From Eledone cirrhosa (lineage: Eukaryota), in contig OZ024741.1 of the NCBI GenBank assembly GCA_964016885.1, forward strand, positions 304,482,001-304,546,000: 64,000 nt of DNA. The letters run 5' to 3'. Below, in pieces: positions 51,101 through 59,679 of this stretch. The notes under the pieces are model-generated. The model saw nothing but the letters and a program-made list of their open reading frames with translations. It did no database searches and was not told the DNA's origin. How positions within the stretch are numbered: the stretch's first letter is position 1; every line of letters starts with the position of its first letter. Both the position numbers and the translations under genes were made by a program.

Positions 51101-54100
51101 TCTTTAAATTCTGTGATTTCCTCCCTATGCCCTTGCTACAAATATATTCTACTTTCATCACAGTTGGTGTCATCTATTCATCATCATCATCATCACCGTT
51201 TTACATCCGTTCTTCCACGCTAGCATGGGTTAGATGGGTTGTCCTGTTGTGGGCAGTGTTTGGTCGGCTGACCTTGTCTTGCTCATACAGGTACTGATTC
51301 TGGCTTGATTTTTACAGCTGGATGCCCTTCCTAACACCAACCTCATTTACAGTGAGTGCTGGGTGCTTTTTTTCCGTGGCGCCTACACGTCCACTTTACA
51401 GTGTGGGCTGGGTGCTTTTTTGCCGTGGCACCTCCACGACCACTTTGCAGTGGGAGGTTGTGGGGGCATATTGTCTATATGCATCAGCTTCGGCTTGTAC
51501 CCACGGGAGGTTGGGTACTCTGTATTACTACGTTACGCCAGGTGTAATTGGGTATGGTCGGCTTTTATCACCTCATCCCAGGTCTTCTTGGGTCTCCCCA
51601 CTCCACGGTTTCCATCGACTTCTAGTGCTCTGCACCTTTTTATGCAGCTGTCATCCTTCATACGCATCACATGTCCATACCAACGCAACCGCCTCTCCTG
51701 CACACAGCATTTGATTCCTCTTATGCTCAGTCTCTCTCTCAATTCATTTATGGTTTGCCGTTCGCGTATATTACTATTACACATCCATCTGAGCATGCAG
51801 GCTTCGTTTCTTTCTAATCTACGCAAGTCTTCCACATTCAGTGCCCAGGTCTCACTACCATGTAACATTGCTGTTCGTATACATGCATCATACAGTCTGC
51901 CTTTCATTTTGAGGGAAAAGCCTTTTGCAGCTAGCAGTGGCAGTAGCTCCCTGAACTTCTTCCATCCCATTCTTACCCTAGTTATTGTACTTTCTGAACA
52001 CCCACCTCCGCTGCTAATTCGGTCACCTAGGTAGCAGAAGCTGTCTACTGTTTCTACAGAGCCCTCCCAGAAATTGGTGGTATTTGTTTCCTGTGGCTGT
52101 TTGCTGCCCCAGCACAGCTGCTACATGTGAAACCTACATTCTTAATTAAGCTTCCCGAGATCCCGCTACATCTCTTGTGTACCCATTGTTTGCATTTGGG
52201 GCAGAGAATGGTATTCCTACCTACACCTTTCCTACATACTGAGCAAGGCCATTTCCCTGAGGGGATCTGGGTTCTGTTTTCTCGTCTACTTACAAGGACC
52301 TTAGTCTTTGTCAGAACATTATTCATACCTGTGCAACCATTTGATTGGCAAATTTCTATAAGCTTTTATTTGTTTAGTATAACTATTTATCAAACAAAAA
52401 CTACTTAACTATTTTCCTAGTGTAGCTTGAATTTAAAATATGCTCACAGTCAGCTATGATTCTTCAAAAATGTAGATATTGAGAACCAGGCACTGCTGGC
52501 TTCATGCATAGGAGAGGAAGATAGCCAAATACTAAGATTTGACCAATCACTTCCTTTTCATACCATTGAGACCGTTGGTGTCTTCCCGCCTCAAACTGCC
52601 ATTTCCCCCATAAAATGAGAGGAGTGCATCCTGCCTAAAGAAGAGGTGGAATGGCTGATGCATCATTTATTTCTAGCTATTCTCCGTGGCAATGTCATCA
52701 CCATTTTGTCTGCGAAGTGCAGCTGAGATATACTCTCTCCCATCCCCTTACTCTCACTATTAAATTTTTGTTCTTTCTCTTGCATTTTTTTTTTCTGGTA
52801 AACATACATCATAATTTAATAAAAATTTGTTAAATAATGTGTGTGTGTGTTTATTTGATTATATAGAACCAATGAGAAATCAACATAACATGAACTTAGC
52901 TATTCCTCACTTCAGTTAACATAAGGTTTTGTCTTTTATCGAACCTCAGATATTTTACAAGATGGCGAATTGGCAGGGTCATTTGAACATCAGATAGAAT
53001 GCTTTGTGTTCTTCTTTCTGAGTTTCTACACTCTCAATTCATCCTGCTAAAGTCAACTTTGCCTTGCACCCTTTCGAGGTCAATAAAAACAGTACTGGGG
53101 CGATTCTTCCTAACTTCCTCTCTCTCTTTCTCTGAAAGATATCGGCTGTGTTCAGACCTGAAGAGGGGATGGACTCCGCCAGGTTTAAAATGCCCCAAAT
53201 GTCATATGTCCATTCGACGCCCCTATGATTCCACCAGGAGTTACAAATCCTTACATACATTTAAAGAGATATTTTACAGACAGAATTAATAACAAGATAA
53301 ATATGAAACTAATAATGATTTTTGACACACAGTGTTTCCACAATGTTGTAAACTCTGATTTAGTAGACCTATCCTCAAAGGTGTTCTTGCTATGACCATC
53401 CATCCATTTTTCTTCAGGTATTGTGTACTAGCCAATGTGTATCTCTTTTTTTTTAAGATAGTATAGCGTTACTTGAGACAGCTTCTACGGGGTGTCCCAA
53501 AAAATGTATACACACTTTGGTTACCTGTACAGGTAATATTTATTAGAATGCTGTTGAAGTGTGTATACATTTTGAGGGGACATCCTGTATTTCTATTAGA
53601 CCGAGAACTGCATAACCCCACTCATCCACTTACTGGCTTCAAAGTATGATGGAGTTGTAACAAATAAACCATCGCTTGTTTCCTTGGATTCTACTGTTTC
53701 ACAGTCATACCAGGATCTATTTTCATTTGAAAACAACCAATATTGAAGCCATGCAAAACACCACATTTCATTACATGACAATACATTGTACTACCCTTAT
53801 ATTTTCCATCAGTGATCGTTTGGGTACAACATTTTCATCTAAAACCAAAGTAATTGTGAAGGCCGAATCATTCAGTTTCGATATCAAATTCTTTTGAGGT
53901 CAAATTTGTATTTTACTCCTCCAGAGTAAATAAATTATTTACTTAAATTCAATCATTATACCCTACAAAATATAACCTTTATAGCGTGTAAGAAAACCCA
54001 CATTTCAAACAAAACTATAACTCCAAAAATTAGCTTTCCACATCCAGATCAGGAGCAGCAGCTATATATATAACTATGTTTGGTAAAGAGAGATGTACGT

Positions 54101-54647
54101 GTTAACCTCATACGGATATATTGACAACGGATAGCAACTTGTTGTCGCGGCTCTTGTTTATTCTTTTGTTTTTCTGGCTAGAAGAAAACAAGGAATTCGA
54201 GAATCGGACCAGGACTCAAACCATTATAGTAAACATTTCATGATTACAAGCCATCAAATATATACAACTGCTTGCGCGTGCACAGACACACACATCAAAG
54301 CCCAACAAGAATGTCTACGTAGGCACATATTTATAGATCCAGGTATAAACTATATAAACATAAATGCATGCATACACACACGCACGCACAGACAAATCAA
54401 AAAATATATTTTCGTATATTGATTGATGTTTAAAAAAAAAGAAATGCCAATAAAAAAAGTAATATATATTTGTCTAGGTATGTACGTTCGTGCAAAAACA
54501 AAAACAGATATACATAACTTCATGCATACCAATAGAGAAAAAGAAAATAAGAAAATAAGTTTACGTGACATTACATACATATATGTTTTGTATATAATAA
54601 GTGAAGAGTTGCCTATATCTGTAAATATGTATCTGTGTGTGTGCGTG

Positions 54648-54683
<36 letters not shown>

Positions 54684-55135
54684 AGTACGGCAGTCGCTTC
54701 ATTTGCGTATTACGTATAACACACATAGCTTATGGAATTATCATTAAGAGCATTCAATTCATATATGGACACAAAATTAATATACAAATGTACAATACAC
54801 AATTCTGTTATAAGATACTCGCAAACTATAGTAAATAAAAAAAAATAATAAAACCAACATTAATACGAAATACATACAAAGTATTACAGGAGTTACATCA
54901 GAGAATTTGTTTACTAACCTAGCTTTGAATACTCCTCGAACTTTTTCCCACAAGCGATCAGGGCACGACACCATTCAAGAGTTTCATAGTCATCAATTGC
55001 CTTCGTCGGATTGAAAACTGTGTTTAATAATTCGTTTAACAGTTTATCCTCGGGAAATGCCGTCTTGAAATGGGCAGCTATGGCAGTTTTCCCTTTTTTC
55101 ATCAGAGATGCCAGCTCTGGGGTCATGCCTGCCAT
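874..55135 (-). CDS. UBR3: E3 ubiquitin-protein ligase UBR3-like gene, 27 coding exons in window, 3' part outside window
   Basis: Manual exon chaining gives a continuous ORF of 4049 nt with all GT-AG junctions in matching phase. It has an N-terminal UBR box ([17 protein letters not shown]...CDCGD...FCSRH), UBR3-type motifs ([55 protein letters not shown]) and a split RING-H2 (CAIC...CGHYLHLDC...CPVCRQLAN). Confidence 0.93.
1778..1978 (-). CDS. UBR3: UBR3 exon 26 (...[17 protein letters not shown]...)
   Basis: T-tract plus AAG acceptor, GTAAGT donor; last RING Cys pair. Confidence 0.93.
2424..2656. repeat. Long inverted repeat, 99-bp arms with a 35-nt spacer
   Basis: 2424-2522 is the imperfect reverse complement of 2558-2656; flanked by TA repeats. 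Confidence 0.85.
2657..3315. repeat. Long interrupted (TA)n/(TATAA) microsatellite, about 660 bp
   Basis: Pure A/T tract seen directly. Confidence 0.98.
3316..3640 (+). mobile_element. SINE family 1 copy
   Basis: Same head, centre and tail as 46880-47260, with internal deletions. Confidence 0.85.
4264..4816 (+). mobile_element. Non-autonomous Helitron, preceded by a partial copy at about 3984-4260
   Basis: A|TCTTTCTATATACATAAATG start, TCTG/TTTG microsatellite, imperfect subterminal palindrome CCCAGGTATTACCAGG, CTAG|T end. Confidence 0.7.
5510..5620 (-). CDS. UBR3: UBR3 exon 25 (...[29 protein letters not shown]), RING-H2 core
   Basis: CACAG acceptor, AAG|GTTAGT donor. Confidence 0.95.
6995..7170 (-). 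mobile_element. Third LINE 3'-end family (RTE-like C); other copies at about 8855-9110, 24890-25050 and 56265-56495 on +
   Basis: [14 protein letters not shown]...DRTCWKECL...RPSQE* then GAATAAGTGGG and an (AAG)-rich tail, repeated four times. Confidence 0.65.
7435..7745. repeat. 41-45-bp minisatellite, about 7 units
   Basis: Unit TCTACCAATCTGCCACCCTCACATTTTGCCTGACACACTAATATT. Confidence 0.9.
7796..7929 (-). CDS. UBR3: UBR3 exon 24 (LGHCPSKK...YYSE)
   Basis: TTCTAG acceptor, GAG|GTAGGT donor. Confidence 0.88.
9470..9607 (-). CDS. UBR3: UBR3 exon 23 (...FHCAICSQT...[10 protein letters not shown]...), RING first Cys pair
   Basis: TTCCAG acceptor, GTAAGT donor. Confidence 0.92.
9886..10141. 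mobile_element. piggyBac-type MITE family 2 (copies at about 22015-22548, 24280-24500, 37395-37733, 49280-49493, 58380-58926)
   Basis: TTAA|CCCTTT ... AAAGGG|TTAA ends; copies share internal segments (CAGCTTAATAATGAGAAAG, TTCAAAATTAATTGAAACAC). Confidence 0.75.
10610..10701 (-). CDS. UBR3: UBR3 exon 22 ([30 protein letters not shown])
   Basis: TCAG acceptor, GTAAGT donor; basic region preceding the RING. Confidence 0.95.
11620..11865 (+). mobile_element. Old degenerate RTE 3' fragment (similar remnants at about 13790-13960, 17250-17640, 38560-38900)
   Basis: GTGCAAAAGAGAAGACTGCTGGTATGGTCATGTGATGC resembles [12 protein letters not shown]; ends CCCATGCAAGCATGGAAAA...(TGA)n. Confidence 0.6.
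12163..12643 (-). CDS. UBR3: UBR3 exon 21, 481 nt (...[17 protein letters not shown]...[11 protein letters not shown]...LEKEER)
   Basis: Long open frame; TAG acceptor (5' boundary less certain); AG|GTAAGC donor. Confidence 0.85.
13283..13439 (-). CDS. UBR3: UBR3 exon 20 (EYRCKK...SWFPSD...SSV)
   Basis: TTTTGTAG acceptor, GTAAGT donor; 115-nt intron upstream. Confidence 0.85.
13555..13647 (-). CDS. UBR3: UBR3 exon 19 ([22 protein letters not shown]...ELQ)
   Basis: TTGCAG acceptor, CAG|GTTTGT donor. Confidence 0.88.
15479..15626 (-). CDS. UBR3: UBR3 exon 18 (...SPPWPP...[16 protein letters not shown])
   Basis: TTTTCAG acceptor, AAG|GTGAAT donor. Confidence 0.92.
16712..16808 (-). CDS. UBR3: UBR3 exon 17 (FLWDQEFDP...QSAMDRYHA)
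   Basis: TAG acceptor, GTAAGT donor. Confidence 0.92.
18464..18533 (-). CDS. UBR3: UBR3 exon 16 ([23 protein letters not shown])
   Basis: TAG acceptor, GTAAGC donor. Confidence 0.92.
18997..19145 (-). CDS. UBR3: UBR3 exon 15 (...[23 protein letters not shown]...TLKV)
   Basis: TTAAG acceptor, GTAAGT donor (alternative GT 3 nt upstream). Confidence 0.92.
19197..19620 (+). mobile_element. Tc1/mariner-superfamily transposase remnant
   Basis: Degenerate QDG(A)[18 protein letters not shown] and [10 protein letters not shown] motifs; TA|CAGGG start. Confidence 0.65.
19703..19917. repeat. Degenerate palindromic element
   Basis: ATTCATAGAAAAT...ATTTTCTATGAAT ends; inner CCTTATAGCTG/CAGCTATAAGG pair. 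Confidence 0.7.
21553..21692 (-). CDS. UBR3: UBR3 exon 14 (FHLTNWL...SVRTYL)
   Basis: CCAG acceptor, GTAAGT donor. Confidence 0.9.
23014..23301. repeat. 29-bp minisatellite, about 10 highly homogeneous units
   Basis: Unit CTAGCCTATAGTGATTCCCTATTGCCTAG. Confidence 0.95.
23945..23997 (-). CDS. UBR3: UBR3 exon 13, 53 nt ([17 protein letters not shown])
   Basis: TTTAG acceptor, AG|GTAAGT donor; needed to keep phase 0 to 2. Confidence 0.88.
25570..25698 (-). CDS. UBR3: UBR3 exon 12 (...[33 protein letters not shown])
   Basis: CCAG acceptor, GTAAGT donor. Confidence 0.95.
26058..26615. mobile_element. hAT (Charlie-like) MITE
   Basis: TIRs CACAGGTTCTCAAC / GTTGAGAACCTTTG; perfect 8-bp TSD GTCTACAT at 26050-26057 and 26616-26623. 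Confidence 0.9.
26960..27115 (-). CDS. UBR3: UBR3 exon 11 ([19 protein letters not shown]...FPLRIQ)
   Basis: TTTCAG acceptor, CAG|GTATGA donor. Confidence 0.92.
28988..29086 (-). CDS. UBR3: UBR3 exon 10 (ETAHCTK...LEDWFESI...GDK)
   Basis: TAG acceptor, AAG|GTTCGT donor, 99 nt, phase 0 to 0. Confidence 0.85.
29430..29875 (-). mobile_element. Penelope-like remnant plus a 260-bp repeat shared with 62903-63150
   Basis: [21 protein letters not shown] resembles the GIY-YIG C-terminal motif; 29618-29870 is near-identical to 62903-63150. Confidence 0.55.
30227..30360 (-). CDS. UBR3: UBR3 exon 9 ([28 protein letters not shown]...)
   Basis: TTTCAG acceptor, GTAAGT donor. Confidence 0.93.
31161..31246. 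repeat. 21-bp tandem repeat, about 4 units
   Basis: Unit approximately ACCAGCTCTAGTCATAATTTT. Confidence 0.8.
31368..31547 (-). CDS. UBR3: UBR3 exon 8 (...[16 protein letters not shown]...FQG)
   Basis: TTTTAG acceptor, GTAAGG donor. Confidence 0.92.
32918..35565 (-). mobile_element. RTE-clade LINE (family A), 5'-truncated and decayed
   Basis: RT fragments ([49 protein letters not shown]) broken by stops at about 34370, 33776 and 33455 and a frameshift at about 34585. (TGA)n tail; TSD CTGTTTT at 32911-32917 and 35566-35572. Confidence 0.92.
35856..36084 (-). CDS. UBR3: UBR3 exon 7 ([13 protein letters not shown]...[11 protein letters not shown]...STLQ)
   Basis: CAG acceptor, GTAAGT donor, conserved UBR motif. 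Confidence 0.93.
37102..37235 (-). CDS. UBR3: UBR3 exon 6 (...[31 protein letters not shown])
   Basis: CAG acceptor, AAG|GTAAGT donor. Confidence 0.9.
39416..39505 (-). CDS. UBR3: UBR3 exon 5 ([12 protein letters not shown]...FDEFG)
   Basis: TTTTCAG acceptor, GTAAGT donor (alternative GT 3 nt upstream), phase 1 to 1. Confidence 0.75.
39645..39862. mobile_element. piggyBac-type MITE
   Basis: TTAA|CCCTTTAGCATTTA ... TAAATGCTAAAGGG|TTAA, with a perfect 14-bp TIR. Confidence 0.85.
40475..41194 (+). CDS. CR1 ORF1 (5'-truncated; His/Gln tract, coiled-coil-like segment, [17 protein letters not shown] motif)
   Basis: Frame is open from the first base of the element to TAA at 41192-41194; first ATG is only at 40595. 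Confidence 0.75.
   Translation, partial: QQPATVSSPAIPVEEHHHHQQQQQQQQQQPTSTDFAELQLMISALRREVTGIKASIRVGPHNEGSYRNALLKNLPVPLAEKTEKTAESATHEVIAIGVPEDKADLQAFAASSAKDLGCVPPKGALRLGRPGPKPRLIRLSFSDPAEATSYHLASAKAGRENQITFRTRPGLPPHVRPKLRAAASLNRNSAQDESFSLCDEGQIWRFVKAGETWKRDTSWSECDLPTITGNVKTATTLGN
41143..44013 (+). CDS. CR1 ORF2, APE endonuclease plus reverse transcriptase
   Basis: Motifs [48 protein letters not shown] and the CR1-type C-terminus [14 protein letters not shown]. No stops from 41143; first ATG at 41440. Confidence 0.95.
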   Translation, partial: STHNNWQCKNCYNSGKLNQNNLPPSTHHHKLRAGYKLLSLNARSLCNKIHLFESYVRSIDPDFITVTETWAHSLLCDGVFSITGYNLFLKDRINRRGGVMVYVRSNFSVIPCVDLNESQEEVFFCDIRMTMSTLLLGVVYRPPNYHQDTQLCDILRVAAKKTATYVFIAGDFNHPEIDLETFRWPQGANDFLELVLDSNWSQVVTSPTRGDNTLDLLFTTTPEVVISCTTEEPLGDSDHAMTIANLALEGSNKNQSHLQSACFDWKKADWNLYCTELQCPNWHEMYNSGDVNTILQSILDSIWIACAASVPRKRKNNHPKSVIWETSAVRLARKECRNAEREYKLHKSDANRKKRNNSSNHLKQVTKKAVLEFEQCIATNPDSKVFWKYVHSKQRPHSPVGPLRNPHTSQITDDPKECAELIAECYASIFTVENQNVPSPPSLTSNSITTMEFTPAMLRRHLKNKRNYASPGLDGVTYLLLKRGGYFLLRQLSFFFQYYLNNSATPEQWKTASVIPLFKKGNRMSPVNYRPVSLTSCMAKLMESCVRETLWNFWSSHSLIRPSQFGFIPNSSCCDQLIEFLEDITRITDSGSWVDVVYLDFAKTFNSVPHKRLMAKLSAMGVRDDLFNWLKSFILSRKEVVTVLGQHSSPYEMSSGVPQGSVLGPLLFVAYINDIDANLQNTTVLKYADDIKLYLEIKRTDPEIYNSFLQSDLDTMQQWITDWQLKLAVDKCTTMHFGRKNPASTYSLHNTDIKKSSCERDLGITVSNDLRWTKHVSKIVKKAEGVLASLSKTFVSRSPAIYLKLYTAMVRPHLEFASSVWNPYLAQNIDLLETVQRRATKRIPSIRHLPYSERLASLGMDSLKLRRLAMDLVNTHKVFNHLANCNPERLFDLHVSNTRGHAYKIRKQHSSHDFRRHFFTLRVAEAWNKLPASVVSCRDTASFKTLMLPEIRQNYT
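44368..44541. mobile_element. Tc1/pogo-type MITE
   Basis: TA|CAGGTAGAATTCCATTATAACGAA ... TTTGTTATAATGGAATTTCACTG|TA. Confidence 0.8.
45310..46240 (-). mobile_element. Cluster of SINE family 2 copies (others at about 10790-11210, 14900-15115, 16840-16960, 28455-28650, 29190-29290, 56710-56900)
   Basis: On the minus strand: TGGCAGTATCGG (A box), GAGTTCAAATCC (B box), GCCTTTCATCCTTACGGGGTCGATAAAATAAAGTACCAG, then GGCCTTGTGCC...AGAAACAATTATT. Confidence 0.85.
46404..46550 (-). CDS. UBR3: UBR3 exon 4 (AADISLL...EMGAVL...EKFTK)
   Basis: TAG acceptor, GTAAGT donor, open frame, phase 1 to 1. Confidence 0.85.
46880..47260 (+). mobile_element. tRNA-derived SINE family 1 (CORE-like centre, RTE-derived 3' half)
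   Basis: A box TGGCTTAGTGG, B box GAGTTCAATTC, CCTTGAGCAAGACACTT central segment, RTE-derived 3' half, (TGA)n tail. Confidence 0.85.
47973..48109 (-). CDS. UBR3: UBR3 exon 3 (FCSRH...YAKI)
   Basis: TAG acceptor, GTAGGT donor, phase 2 to 1; completes the UBR box. Confidence 0.9.
48410..48885 (-). mobile_element. RTE family B 3' fragment
   Basis: RT C-terminal coding remnant ending CCCGTCCCACCCTTGCAAGCAGGGAAAAGCAGACATAAAA(TGA)n. Confidence 0.8.
49014..49227 (-). CDS. UBR3: UBR3 exon 2, UBR-box zinc finger
   Basis: TAG|TG acceptor; [14 protein letters not shown]...[16 protein letters not shown]; donor GTGAGT. Confidence 0.95.
51178..52313 (-). mobile_element. RTE family A, second 5'-truncated copy
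   Basis: Near-identical to 32918-34077, with PHD segment, C-terminus, 3' UTR and (TGA)n tail. Confidence 0.92.
53488..53587. mobile_element. 100-bp Tc1/mariner MITE
   Basis: TA|CGGGGTGTCCCAAAAAATGTATACACACTT ... AAGTGTGTATACATTTTGAGGGGACATCCTG|TA. Confidence 0.85.
54919..55135 (-). CDS. UBR3: UBR3 coding exon 1 ([16 protein letters not shown]...FEEYSKL)
   Basis: ATG in GCCAAGATGG context; donor G|GTTAGT, phase 1. Confidence 0.85.
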
Positions 55136-55199
55136 CTTGGCTTTCAAGGGAAATAACTCTCTAGAGGGCACTACTATATACATGTACAGTATATATGTA

Positions 55200-55248
<49 letters not shown>

Positions 55249-55529
55249 GCGTGTGTGTATGTAGAGAGAGAGGAAAGAGTAGAGAGGAAGAGATGCAGAC
55301 AGAAAGAGTGTAAGGGAGAGATAGAGAGAGGGATAGAGATCCGTGCAGACTTTATTTTAGTAAATTGGAAAAACGCTTCTGGAAATATGTTGTGTCTCGG
55401 AAATACATTTTAAGGGGGCTCCAGAAATAATTAAAAAAAAGAAAATACTAACAGAGTCTTTTTTTTTTCTCTCTCCCTCACTAAATTTGAATCTAAACAT
55501 GTAAACTGCAATTTATATATGCATCTCAC

Positions 55530-55620
55530 TTGGTGGTAGGATTTTTTTTTCATAAATTCAACCAGATCCGATTTGGTTTTCTTTTAACAAGATCCGAAGC
55601 CAAATTTTATAATGGCGATA
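55530..55620 (-). promoter_or_regulatory. Candidate 5' non-coding first exon / TSS region of UBR3
   Basis: On the minus strand, a YY1-like CGCCATT at 55617-55611 and a donor CAA|GTGAGA at 55529. A pyrimidine-rich tract with acceptor AGs lies just upstream of the ATG. Confidence 0.4.
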
Positions 55621-57021
55621 TTTTACAATATATTACTGGTATTTAAGTAATAGTTTCATCTCTCAGACCACTCCTGGACACAGAGTTGTTGGGGTTTTTG
55701 TATAAGTGATATTGCTGTACTTTTTGACCCGTAAAGGCTATGTTAAAAGCTGTAAGTTGAAGAACACTATCAAAAATATTTGTATGTACGCATTTATATA
55801 TATATATATAAATTTCATTCGCCTGTAACATATTGAGGTCCACAATGAATGTTAATAAAACTTCATTATCAGCCCTGTATTTGAAAGTTCTCGAATGGAA
55901 CTTAAAATAACGGTACATGATAAAACTTTGAAAAACGTATCTTCCTCCAAATATTTTGGCAGCCTGCTGAACCATGATTCAAATACAAGTCATGAATATC
56001 TGTTGGAAAATTTCAATCTTTATTATGGTATAAAAGATACTTTTAAACAAATGACACTATAATATTTCCAAAACATGCGTTTTGTCTATTTGATTGTATG
56101 GTTGTAAAACAGACATTATAGTCAAAACATGGTCAACAGTTACAGCGTTTTTATCATGTCTTTAACGAATGTTGCACCTTTCGTGGAAAGGTTATGTGAG
56201 TAATGTTGAGGTTTTGGAGTTAGCGAATGTTTTCAGCATAGATCTCTCGCAATTTAGCAAATTGGAATGAGCAAGCCATGTTTTTCGTACGAAAGAGGAC
56301 AGATTTTGCGGGCAAAAGCCAACCGGCAGGAGACCCAGGGGTAGACCCCGAGCAAAATGGTTGGATAACATCTATGACCTTGGCTGTTCTTGCTTGGCGA
56401 CCCAGCCAGATCAGTTGGAGACGGCTGCTTTTGGCAGGACTCGCTGGAAGGAGTGTTTGAAGACTCCACCAGGTATAAGTTGGCGAAGAAAAAGGAAGTC
56501 TTCCAAATCATTTTTGCAATGGAGAAATCAAAAGTTAAGAAAACTTTAAATCCATGCCCGTCGCCAGACGTCGATACAGGGGTGGGGTGGGGATGTCAGA
56601 ACATTCTGGACGTTTTTCATAAATTCTATTTTCTAAGCAGAAGGTAGTACCATCCACTGTACCCCCACCCCGCCACTGTCAACGAATCCATTTAAACCTG
56701 ATCTGTAAAGGTGTTTTGGCAGTATCGGTAGAGGGTCGGGCGCCAGGCTTTGTGGCATGGAGTTACGTCCCTTTTCGGTCTGAGTTCAAATCCTGCTGAG
56801 GTTAACTTTGCCTTTCATCCTTACGGGGTCGATAAAATAAAAACCAGTAATGCACTGGGTTAATTGCTGGCCTTGTGCCAAAAAGTAGAAACAATTATCT
56901 ATGTGGATATAACCGCGTCATATTGAAACAAGATACAAGGAAAAGATTCCTCCAAACAATCTATTTAAATGTTTGATTGTGACCGAGTTTGGTTTTCTAA
57001 GGCTGGTTTTGTTAGCCACTC

Positions 57022-57570
57022 CTCATCATCATCATCATTTTACGTCCGTTTTTCCCTACTTGCAAGGGTGGGACAGGTCCTCTTCAGCACAGCATCTCTC
57101 CATTTGTCACGGTCCTTCGTCATCTCTGTAAGCTTCAGCAATCTGAGGTCAGCTCCCACGAGCTCTGCCCATGTTTTCCGTGGTCTTCCTCTACTGCGTC
57201 TTCCTTCCATTGGGATTACTTGGCACTTCTTCACCCAGTGGTCATCATCCATGCGCATCACATGGCCATACCAACACAGTCTTCTCTCCTGCACACTGCA
57301 GCTTATTCCTCTTATACACAGTTTCTCTCTCAACTCGTCCATGCTTGGTGATTCACGCACGTTGACATTGCACATCCATCAAAGCATGCTTGCTTCATTT
57401 CTCTCCAGCCTTCGCATATCCTCCGCAGTTGCTGCCCAAGTCTCACTACTATGCAGCATCGCGCATCTCACACAGGCATCATACAGCCGACCTTTCGTTA
57501 GTAGGGAGAAACCCTTTGTTGTCAACAGAGGAAGCAGCTCCCTAAGTTTCTTCAATCCTATCCTTATTCT
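57022..57570 (-). mobile_element. RTE family B 3' fragment
   Basis: ORF 57040-57375: QERRLCWYGHV...GRRSRGRPRKTW...DRDKWR...REKRT* directly followed by the (TGA)n tail. Confidence 0.85.
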
Positions 57571-59679
57571 ATGTAACTCAAGGTTACATAAACCAAAAGC
57601 AAGGTAAGATATCTGCCAAAAACTAAAAACTACAGCTGTCAGTCACAATCTAGTGTGGCTTGGGAGTATGTACCATACTTTCACCAAGGGTTTCAGGTAC
57701 TCATGCAGTCGCAAGCAGACATAAATATCCTCTCACTCCTCCCTCCCCTTGATCCAGTGGTACAGCTGGAAGGGGAGAGAGCTGCTCTTCATGCAGTCAC
57801 AAGCAGACTTATACACCCTCTCGACCCTCCTTCCCTTAATCCAGCAGAATATCCAATATGTGACAGCTGGAATGAGAGGGGGCTGCACCAAGTCTGTGCT
57901 GTTACTTTCTTTACTGACCCCAAAAGAATGAAAAACAAAGTGTACTGGGTGCATTTTTCACAGCACTGACATGTTACACAGGGCATACTTGGCATATTTT
58001 ATTGTGGTACCAACATTAACAATATACAGGATGTATTAGGTGCATTTTTTCATGGGCATAATACAGGGTGTAATGCTTCCATTTTTTGTGACACCAGCAC
58101 CAACCTCTTGCAGGGTGCATTGAGTATTTTTTGTTGTGGCACCAGCATACTACCTTACAGAATGGACTGTACTTTTTATGGTAGCTCCAGCACTCCCTCA
58201 TTACAACTCTAAGGTGCTCAATGTGTACAAATATGGAATGCTTCATGAATTTGCATGATTAAAAGTAGGCAGTCTGTTTACCTATCAAAGAAGTTTGCTC
58301 AATGATCCCTGATTTTTACCATTTAAAAATATATTTTCAAAGTATAACACGAGACTTCAATTCCCACTTCTTTCTTTAACCCTTCAATACCAACCCACCT
58401 GGGACCATCTATGATATGAAACCTCTCATTTTACATTACCATCATCATCATTTTATGTGTATTTTCTATGCATGCATGGGTTAGACAGGTTGTCATGTTC
58501 TGAGGCTAGACATGTCAGATGGTTGTGTCTTGCTTATATGTTAATTTTTGACATGGCTTCTACAGCTGGATGCTCTTCCTAACACCAGCCACTTTACGGC
58601 ATGTACTGGATGCATTTTATCATGGCAGTGCCACTACTTTTCCTTCATAATTTTATCTAAGAATTGAGTTCCGTTCCAGATACTAGTTTACTAATGAGAA
58701 AGTTAGGTATTTTATTAAATCCATCTAAATCCTTAGTTATTTTCAGAATTATTTGAAACACATGAGTAGTGTTTTTCATTAGAAATATGGTAATAAATGA
58801 GTTATCTTCAAGTATTTTATACGACTGGGGGAACAGATTGCCTTATTTATTTCTTCAAAAATATAGCAATATAGCGCTAATTCATCCCAAACAGTGTATT
58901 TCATTAGAAATATTGCAATGAAAGGGTTAAACATATGTCTGTAAGCTAAATTTACTGCATTTATAATAAATGATATTCAGAAAATCTTAATACCAGTTTT
59001 AAAATATTTATATTCTCTCTAGTATATAAATTATTATCAGCAGCCAATTGGCAGAATCATTAGAACATTAAATTCAATGCTTTGCAGTATTCATTCCAGT
59101 TCTGTGTACTCTCTGAGTTCAAATCCCACAAAAGTCAACTTTGCATTTCATCCTTTTGAGGTCACTGAAAAAGTACCAGTTAAGTACTGAGAGTGATTCT
59201 TCCTTTATATTTCCTTCTCTGTGTTCAGATCTGGAGAGAGATGGGCTCTACCAGGTTTAAAGTACACAGAGTATGTTACTAGTGCACCCCTAAGTCTTTT
59301 GATAGGGTGTACAGGGATAATGAGGATAGCTACTAGAGAGTTCTAGTTGGGGGAGGTCAGATTTCATTTTATGCTATATATGTTCATTTCTTATATAAAA
59401 TGTCAGGTAGCAGACAATGAAATAAATTAAAGTGAAAAGTAAAACCTGACAATATAATGAAAATAAATGACACAAAATATTCATTGAATTAATTTTCTAA
59501 TTTACTTTCTGTAGTGAAAGAATAGAACTAGAATTTAGACATGTTCTAGTCAGGTAGTAAAAATGAAGACATTTTCAATGTATGTTTTGTTCAATCACTT
59601 CTTAACACATAATCACAATAACCCATGCTAGCATGGAAGATGGACGTTAAACGATGATGATGATGATGATATATGCTTA

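Noticed and set aside
55136-55183. Upstream in-frame ATG at 55183 as the UBR3 start
   Set aside because: It sits at the edge of a (TA)n tract upstream of probable acceptor AGs, so it is likely intronic; ATG 55135 has the better context.
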